Part shown: positions 26,273-32,000 of the stretch, in pieces
Position numbering within the stretch: the first letter of the stretch is position 1
Layout: each line of letters begins with the position of its first letter
Origin: Parasynechococcus marenigrum WH 8102
GTDB taxonomy: Bacteria; Cyanobacteriota; Cyanobacteriia; PCC-6307; Cyanobiaceae
Assembly: GCF_000195975.1 (NCBI RefSeq)
Contig: NC_005070.1
Span: 2,250,001-2,282,000 of the forward strand
DNA: 32,000 bases
Direction of reading: 5' to 3'
The notes under the pieces: generated by a model
What the model saw: the letters and a program-made list of their open reading frames with translations, nothing else
What the model was told of the DNA's origin: nothing
The model's database searches: none
Program-made: the position numbers and the translations under genes

Positions 26273-28074
26273 TGAGCGTGACCAGCACCCGCACCGAGCG
26301 ACGCACGCTTCAAATTCCGATCGACACTGGTGTGGTGGCTCTGCGCGGTCTGAGCCCCCAACGCCATCGCTTCGAGCTGGAATATGCCCTGGAACGCGGC
26401 AGCACCGCCAACAGTGTGCTGTTTGCCGCCGGGGACGACCAACCCGCAGTTCTGGTGCATCCCCCCGGAGCGGCCTACAGCGCTGTCTTCCTTCCGGCGC
26501 TGGCGAAGCTGCTGCCAGACGCATCCCATCCCTTGCTGGTGGTAGTGGGTCACGTCAACCCCAACCGCGTGGCGCTGCTGCGCAGCCTCGCTGAGACCTA
26601 CTCAGGGCTGGAGCTGATCACCTCCAACGCTGGCGCCAAATTGCTTGAGGAACTCTGGACGCAGCGGAAGCCATCCCCTCCTGGAGAAGAGCAAGAGCAA
26701 CCGCCGTTGCCGGATCTGCCATCGCTGCGGGTGATTCGCCACGAGCAAACCCTGGCCATGGCCCATGGGCGCAGCCTGCAGCTGATCGCCACACCGACAC
26801 CCCGCTGGCCAGGGGGCCTGCTCGCATTTGAGCAAAGCCTGGGGCTGCTGATGAGCGACAAGTTTTTCAGCGCCCATCTGTGCACAGAGGAATGGGCCGA
26901 AACCAACCGCACCAGCACGGAGGAAGAACGACGCCACTTCTACGACTGCTTGATGGCACCGATGGCCCGTCAGGTGGAAGGGGTGGTGGAACGTCTGGAG
27001 GAGCTGGACATTCGCACCATTGCCCCGGGCCACGGACCTGCGATCGAAGACAGCTGGCGCAGCCTGCTGAGTGATTACCGCCGCTGGGGAGAAGGCCAGC
27101 AGAACGCCAGCCTGAATGTGGCTCTGCTGTTTGCCAGCGCTTACGGCAACACCGCCGCTATTGCCGATGCCCTGGCCCAGGGTGTGAGCCGCACCGGCAT
27201 CCGGGTGAACAGTCTCAACTGTGAGTTCACTTCAGCGGATGAACTGATCGGGACTATTCAGCAGGCTGACGCGGTTCTGATCGGATCACCCACCCTGGGC
27301 GGCCATGCACCCACTCCGATCGTCTCGGCCCTGGGCACCCTTCTGGCGGAAGGCGATCGCAATAAACCCGTTGGCGTGTTCGGCAGCTTCGGCTGGAGCG
27401 GTGAAGCTGTGGACCTGCTGGAAACCAAGCTCCGCGATGGCGGCTTCAGCTTCGGATTCGAGCCGATCCGGGTGAAATTCAGCCCCGACGCCATGAAAGT
27501 GAAGGAGCTCGAGGAAATCGGCACCCGCTTTGGTCGACAGCTTCTGCAGGCTCAGAAAAAAGCGCAGCGGCGCAGTGCTGGCGGCCTCAGTGAAAGCCGA
27601 AGCGATCCGGCGGTCCTGGCCCTCGGTCGGGTCATCGGCTCCCTTTGTGTGCTCACCACCCGCAAGGGAGAGCTCAGTGGCGCCATGGTGGCGAGCTGGG
27701 TCAGCCAGGCCAGCTTCACTCCTCCGGGGATCACCGTGGCCGTGGCCAAGGACAGGGCCGTGGAAGCACTCCTTCACAAGGGCGACCGCTTTGCGTTGAA
27801 CGTGCTGGCTGAAGGCCGTGAAACGGCTCCGATGAAGCAATTCCTGCAGCCTTTTGCACCGGGTGCGGACCGCTTTGCCGGACTTGAGCTCCAGGAGAGC
27901 CCTGGTGATCAACCGCTGTTGCCGGAGTCACTGGCGTGGTTAGAGGGCAGCGTGAAGCAGCGCATGGAATGCGGCGACCACTGGCTGGTGTACGCGGAAG
28001 TGCTCCATGGAGGCCTGTTCGATCCAGCCGGATCAACCGCCGTGCACCAACGCCGCAGCGGGGCCAACTATTAA
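26272..28074 (+). CDS. flv1: Flavodiiron protein, FlvA/Flv1-type (non-canonical metal-site residues)
   Basis: 600 aa from ATG 26272, overlapping the flv3 TGA by 1 nt (TGATG). It has the same three-domain layout, but the HxExDH position reads H-V-N-P-N-R (26551-26568). The C-terminal domain has AMVASWVSQASFTPPGITVAV. Confidence 0.9.
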   Translation: MSVTSTRTERRTLQIPIDTGVVALRGLSPQRHRFELEYALERGSTANSVLFAAGDDQPAVLVHPPGAAYSAVFLPALAKLLPDASHPLLVVVGHVNPNRVALLRSLAETYSGLELITSNAGAKLLEELWTQRKPSPPGEEQEQPPLPDLPSLRVIRHEQTLAMAHGRSLQLIATPTPRWPGGLLAFEQSLGLLMSDKFFSAHLCTEEWAETNRTSTEEERRHFYDCLMAPMARQVEGVVERLEELDIRTIAPGHGPAIEDSWRSLLSDYRRWGEGQQNASLNVALLFASAYGNTAAIADALAQGVSRTGIRVNSLNCEFTSADELIGTIQQADAVLIGSPTLGGHAPTPIVSALGTLLAEGDRNKPVGVFGSFGWSGEAVDLLETKLRDGGFSFGFEPIRVKFSPDAMKVKELEEIGTRFGRQLLQAQKKAQRRSAGGLSESRSDPAVLALGRVIGSLCVLTTRKGELSGAMVASWVSQASFTPPGITVAVAKDRAVEALLHKGDRFALNVLAEGRETAPMKQFLQPFAPGADRFAGLELQESPGDQPLLPESLAWLEGSVKQRMECGDHWLVYAEVLHGGLFDPAGSTAVHQRRSGANY

Positions 28075-28076
28075 TC

Positions 28077-28109
28077 AGCCCTAACTCATAGTCGGTATGA
28101 GTTAGGGCT
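28077..28109. repeat. Perfect inverted repeat (14-bp arms, 5-nt spacer) between flv1 and the rubrerythrin gene
   Basis: AGCCCTAACTCATA gtcgg TATGAGTTAGGGCT starts 3 nt after the flv1 stop and ends 27 nt before the rbr ATG. No U-tract follows on the plus strand. Confidence 0.85.
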
Positions 28110-28135
28110 AGTCTCAGGGTCAGCTTTCATTCGTC

Positions 28136-28849
28136 ATGGATCTGTCCAAACCCTCCACCCAGGCCAATCTCGAATCCGCCTTTGGCGGGGAGAGCATGGC
28201 CAACCGCAAATATCTGCTCTTCGCCGATGTCGCCAAAAAACTCGGCCACAACGACCTCGCCAAGTTGTTCCGGGATACGGCGGCCCAGGAAACCGAGCAC
28301 GCCTTCGCCCATTTCCGTCTGCTCCACCCCGAACTGGTGATCGATGACGCCAGCAGCCTCAGCGATACGCAGAAACAGGGGATGCTTCGTCGCTGCCTCG
28401 AGCTGGCGATTGAAGGGGAGACCTACGAGTACACAACGATGTATCCAGAATTCGCTGCTCAGGCTCGTCAAGACCGAGACAGTGGAGCCGAAGCAGAGTT
28501 CGCTGAGCAAAGCAGCGAATCAAAGGAGCACGCCGGCCTCTTCCGAACAGCAGCCAAAAACTTCGGCCTGCTCACCCCGATCGAACAACATCACGCTGAA
28601 ACCTATGGCGTCGCCCTGCAGGCTCTGCAAGGCAAAGGCGTCACGGGCCAGGCCGACGAACCTGTCCCGGGCAAATGGATTTGCAAGGTCTGCTCGATGA
28701 TCTACGACCCAGCCGAAGGCGACCCCGATTCGGGCATCGTGGCTGGCACGCCCTTCGAGGCCATTCCCGACGACTGGCAGTGCCCGATCTGCGGAGCCCG
28801 CAAGGCGAGCTTTGTGCCCTACCGCGAGGCGGCATTGAAGTCGGCCTGA
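28136..28849 (+). CDS. Rubrerythrin-type protein: ferritin-like diiron domain plus C-terminal rubredoxin domain
   Basis: 237 aa with [25 protein letters not shown] and ESKEHAGLF (ExxH diiron motifs). The C-terminal rubredoxin fold is [12 protein letters not shown]...[12 protein letters not shown] (2x CxxC). Confidence 0.9.
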   Translation: MDLSKPSTQANLESAFGGESMANRKYLLFADVAKKLGHNDLAKLFRDTAAQETEHAFAHFRLLHPELVIDDASSLSDTQKQGMLRRCLELAIEGETYEYTTMYPEFAAQARQDRDSGAEAEFAEQSSESKEHAGLFRTAAKNFGLLTPIEQHHAETYGVALQALQGKGVTGQADEPVPGKWICKVCSMIYDPAEGDPDSGIVAGTPFEAIPDDWQCPICGARKASFVPYREAALKSA

Positions 28850-29172
28850 CGTTCACCCCAAGCGTGCAGCCCATCCAGCACAGGCAATAGCTCTATCCCG
28901 AGGTCCGTCAGCGCGTAATCCACGCGCGGGGGAACCTCGGGGTGAATCGTGCGATGCACCACGCCATCAGCCTCCAGATCACGCAATTGGGCGGTCAATA
29001 CCTTCTGACTGACGCCCTCAAGCGCCCGCTGCAAATCAGAGAAACGCTGAATGCCATCCACCAATTCTCGAAGGATGAGTACGCTCCAGCGTCCCTGAAT
29101 CACCTTCAGAGCCAGCTCGGCCTTGCACTCGCCCTGGTGCTCTCCTTGCTGAAAACCTCTCTGATGGTCCAA
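28819..29172 (-). CDS. HxlR-family winged-helix transcriptional regulator
   Basis: 117 aa. [59 protein letters not shown]...[12 protein letters not shown] is typical HxlR/DUF24 with the N-terminal sensing Cys. The start is apparently TTG. Its 3' end overlaps the rubrerythrin gene by 31 nt. Confidence 0.85.
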   Translation of the reverse strand: MDHQRGFQQGEHQGECKAELALKVIQGRWSVLILRELVDGIQRFSDLQRALEGVSQKVLTAQLRDLEADGVVHRTIHPEVPPRVDYALTDLGIELLPVLDGLHAWGERQADFNAASR

Positions 29173-29272
29173 AGGTCACCGTCCGGTCACCAACCCACTT
29201 TTGCGTGCGTTCTTGTGCAGCCGTGCCGATGACTGCAGGATCGTTCGAGCACCCCGAATCGCCTTCCTCTCG

Positions 29273-29788
29273 ATGCCACCGGATCTGATTGTTGTTGCCG
29301 CCAGCAACGGCGAAAACCTCAAGCTGGCCGAACGCTGCGTCCATGCCGCCAGCCAACGTCAAGCCCAGGCCGAGCTGATCGATCTCACCGTTCTGAGCCT
29401 TCCGCTTTACACCCAACGGGTCCAAGCGGCTGGGGCAGGAGCAGATCTCATCAGCCTGCGGGATCGTCTTCACGCTGCCCCCCGCTGGATGATCTGCGCA
29501 CCGGAATACAACGGGTCAATCCCACCGGTACTCAGCAACTCCATTGCCTGGCTCTCCGTGCTGGATGACGATTTCCGCAGCCTGTTCAACGGCCGCCCCA
29601 TCGCGATTGGAACCCACTCCGGAGGCGGTGGCATGGAAGTGCTGATTTCGATGCGGATCCAACTCACCCATCTGGGGGCAGACGTGATCGGCCGGCAGCT
29701 CCTCAGCAACTTCAGCAAACCCGCCAAAGACGAAAGCATCGACGATGTCGTGAAGCGTCTGCTGCAACGCCAACCGCTCGCGCTGTGA
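29273..29788 (+). CDS. NAD(P)H-dependent FMN reductase family protein
   Basis: 171 aa from ATG 29273 (MPPDLIVVAASNGEN...). CAPEYNGSIPPVLSNSIAWLS is the family's signature region. It is divergent from hxlR with a 100-nt spacer. Confidence 0.8.
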   Translation: MPPDLIVVAASNGENLKLAERCVHAASQRQAQAELIDLTVLSLPLYTQRVQAAGAGADLISLRDRLHAAPRWMICAPEYNGSIPPVLSNSIAWLSVLDDDFRSLFNGRPIAIGTHSGGGGMEVLISMRIQLTHLGADVIGRQLLSNFSKPAKDESIDDVVKRLLQRQPLAL

Positions 29789-30507
29789 TGACCCAACCCA
29801 ACCTGCTGATCCGCCCCGCAGTTGAACGCTTCCACAGCCAGAGGGACTGGTTGGATTCCTGGCACACCTTTTCCTTCGCCGGCCATCACGATTCCAACTG
29901 GATGGGGTTCGGCCCGCTGCTGGTGATCAACGACGACACCATTGCCGCCGGTGAAGGCTTTGGGATGCACCCACACCGCGATATGGAAATCATCACGGTG
30001 ATGGTGGAAGGTCAGATCAACCACCAGGACTCCATGGGCAACGCGGAAGTGCTGCGGGCAGGGGAGCTGCAACGCATGAGCGCTGGCACGGGGATCGTGC
30101 ACAGTGAGATGAACAAAGGCGAGTCGCCCTGTCGCCTTCTGCAGATCTGGATTGAACCTGTCCACAAGGGACTCGAACCGTCTTACGAGCAACGCCACAT
30201 CGAAGTCGGCAAGGCCTGGACACCGCTTCTGAATCCAGACCCGAGCCAGGGGGCCATGGCCATCGACCGGCCAGTGCGGCTCTGGCGGGCGCAACCCAAG
30301 CAGGGGCAGGACCTCACCTTGCCTGAGGAAAGTGGTGACACCCTTTGGCTGCAGCTGATCAACGGCTCCGTCCAGCTGGAAGGCATCGATGGCGATGCCC
30401 CTGATGCGCTCCATTCAGGTGATGGCCTGGGATTGCGAAACCAGCGGAACTGGACCCTGACCAGCCAGAGCGACGACGCCGATCTTCTGTTGTTCAGCCT
30501 GGCCTGA
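29788..30507 (+). CDS. Pirin-family bicupin protein
   Basis: It has the pirin N-terminal cupin metal site (GFGMHPHRDMEIITVMVEGQINHQDSMGN) and SAGTGIVHSE. The ATG at 29788 overlaps the upstream TGA by 1 nt (TGATG). A GTG at 29785 is an alternative start. Confidence 0.9.
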   Translation: MTQPNLLIRPAVERFHSQRDWLDSWHTFSFAGHHDSNWMGFGPLLVINDDTIAAGEGFGMHPHRDMEIITVMVEGQINHQDSMGNAEVLRAGELQRMSAGTGIVHSEMNKGESPCRLLQIWIEPVHKGLEPSYEQRHIEVGKAWTPLLNPDPSQGAMAIDRPVRLWRAQPKQGQDLTLPEESGDTLWLQLINGSVQLEGIDGDAPDALHSGDGLGLRNQRNWTLTSQSDDADLLLFSLA

Positions 30508-30740
30508 ACCGCCAAATGTGGATTCATGCCCAAATAACAACGCAGTAGCGCTCGATACACTTGCGCGTCGCACCGATCACATGTGTTGCCTTGCAAAGGA
30601 TCTCGGCGACGGCAAATTTCAGAATCCCGCCCAGTCTCCAGACCTTGAGGTGTTGATCCCAAAGAGATTCGGGCAATGCGAGCCACACCAGATCTGGTGC
30701 CTTCAAATGACAAGGTCACAACAACAGATTCCCTAGAGCG

Positions 30741-30947
30741 ATGGGATTCCCGATGAGCCATGAGGCCGTGGTGCGATACCGCGGCTACCTTCTGCTGCCT
30801 CAGACCAATCAAAGCTGGCTGGTACGCCCGGAACGCAGTCCAATGCAGTTGTTGCCATTTCGAACGCCGACCTGCTCGCTGGCCGACGTCAAAGCGCTAT
30901 TGGACTGGAGACTGTCGCAGGAACGATCAGAGATTGGGGTGGCCTGA
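30741..30947 (+). CDS. Hypothetical small protein (68 aa)
   Basis: ATG ORF with a natural-looking composition (VVRYRGYLLLPQTNQSWLVRPERSPMQLLPFRTPTCSLADVKALLDW). Hand-counted GC3 is about 69%. No family recognised. An alternative ATG lies at 30753. Confidence 0.45.
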   Translation: MGFPMSHEAVVRYRGYLLLPQTNQSWLVRPERSPMQLLPFRTPTCSLADVKALLDWRLSQERSEIGVA

Positions 30948-30948
30948 A

Positions 30949-31200
30949 TCAGGCCGCCGCAGGTGGCGGCGTGGGATCGCCCAGGGGTTGAAATGGAATC
31001 ACCAGGGTGGCCCAATGGTCGGGTCGCTCTGGGCGAGGGCGACGCGACTGGCGCACGCCAAAGGGCACACGCAGCACATTGGTTCCTTCAATCGGCAAGG
31101 TATGGCCCCGGTTCAGCGCCGACTGAAGGCCTTCAGGCAGCTGAGGCAGATCAGGACCTAGTGCCGATCCAGCGGATTTGTTGATGTCACTCCGATCCAT
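30949..31200 (-). CDS. Possible hypothetical protein (83 aa from ATG 31200); coding status unresolved
   Basis: ORF with an ATG at 31200 (the track start at 31266 is TTG). Codon-position GC counted over 30961-31060 does not favour this frame (about 62% at its third positions, against about 82% at positions that would be third in a plus-strand frame). Confidence 0.2.
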   Translation of the reverse strand: MDRSDINKSAGSALGPDLPQLPEGLQSALNRGHTLPIEGTNVLRVPFGVRQSRRPRPERPDHWATLVIPFQPLGDPTPPPAAA

Positions 31201-31312
31201 GGTGTCCCCCGACAAACGAATCAGTTGCCGAAAAGTTTGACTGAGGTTGAACAAACGACTGATCAATCAAAATCATCTTTTCGGTTTTCAGTGAAAATTT
31301 ACACGTCGGGAG

Positions 31313-31337
31313 TCAAAAGCACCAGCCCGAACTGGCA
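31313..31337 (-). terminator. Weak candidate terminator downstream of gcvP
   Basis: The minus strand reads GCCAG-TTCGGG-CTGGT followed by GCTTTTGA, a short 5-bp stem (one G.U pair) with only a 4-T run. Confidence 0.3.
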
Positions 31338-31346
31338 AGTCGCCCC

Positions 31347-32000
31347 TTAAGCAGCAACCGCCACGGCAATCTCTTCAACACTTGGGCAGGTGCAAATCAA
31401 GTTGCGATCGCCATAGGCATTGTCAATACGAGCCACCGCGGGCCACACCTTGTTCTGCTGCTGATCAGGCAACGGGAATGCAGCCTGTTGTCGGCTGTAA
31501 GGACGATCCCAGTCCTCGGCGATGACAGCAGCCATCGTGTGAGGAGCCTGTTTCAAGGGGTTATTGCTGGCATCCATAGCCCCTGATTCGATATCCCGAA
31601 TTTCATTGCGGATGGCAATCATGGCGTCAGCGAAACGATCCAATTCCGCCAGGCTTTCGCTTTCGGTGGGCTCCACCATCACGGTGCCGGCCACAGGCCA
31701 ACTCACCGTCGGCGCGTGGAAGCCGTAATCCATTAATCGTTTGGCGATGTCATCCACATCGATCCCGGCATCCCGTTTCAACGGACGCAAATCAAGGATG
31801 CATTCATGGGCAACACGTCCGGTGGCACCGCGGAACAGCACGGGGTAGTGCGGGTCCAGGCGAAGGGCCAGATAGTTGGCAGACAGCAACGCCACCGCTG
31901 TGGCCTGGCGCAGGGCCTCCGCCCCCATCATCCGCAGGTACATCCAGCTGATCGGCAGGATGCTCGCGCTGCCCAAAGCTGCTGCAGACACTGGCCCAAT
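31347..32000 (-). CDS. gcvP: Glycine dehydrogenase (decarboxylating), C-terminal part; 5' end beyond window
   Basis: [17 protein letters not shown]...[11 protein letters not shown]...[32 protein letters not shown]... is the canonical GcvP C-terminal region. The frame stays open to base 32000. Confidence 0.94.
   Translation of the reverse strand: MGPVSAAALGSASILPISWMYLRMMGAEALRQATAVALLSANYLALRLDPHYPVLFRGATGRVAHECILDLRPLKRDAGIDVDDIAKRLMDYGFHAPTVSWPVAGTVMVEPTESESLAELDRFADAMIAIRNEIRDIESGAMDASNNPLKQAPHTMAAVIAEDWDRPYSRQQAAFPLPDQQQNKVWPAVARIDNAYGDRNLICTCPSVEEIAVAVAA

Overview
The window reads as a chromosomal segment of a high-GC marine picocyanobacterium (Synechococcus/Cyanobium-like). That assignment is inferred from gene content (flv3/flv1 pair, MEKHLA protein, speA, argJ, gcvP) and from hand-counted GC of about 63% in a core gene stretch. 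It is densely packed with about 30 genes, mostly housekeeping: eno (5' partial), an ABC1/UbiB-type kinase, argJ, coaE, gatB, thiO-like, ndk, speA, alaS, an HSP20 chaperone, an Nramp-type transporter and gcvP (partial). Gene junctions are very tight. Three start/stop overlaps are TGATG, one is ATGA, and four convergent gene pairs overlap at their 3' ends. Five places stand out. (1) An AT-rich islet of about 2.7 kb (3578-6315, hand-counted GC about 38-40% in two 60-nt samples) carries one orphan 628-aa multidomain M10-type zinc metalloprotease with no visible signal peptide and an in-frame 18-bp x4 tandem repeat. (2) A 2OG-Fe(II) oxygenase with two HxD...H dioxygenase modules sits between coaE and gatB. 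(3) A tightly coupled four-gene string runs small membrane ORF, SNF2 helicase, SWIM zinc-finger protein, MEKHLA (PAS-like) protein. (4) An O2/ROS-handling supercluster runs flv3, flv1, rubrerythrin, HxlR regulator, FMN reductase, pirin, with a perfect 14-bp-arm palindrome and a direct-repeat candidate operator. (5) About 0.8 kb next to gcvP has unresolved coding status. I found no rRNA, tRNA, CRISPR array, transposase or integrase. All family assignments come from motif recognition by eye and need HMM/BLAST confirmation.
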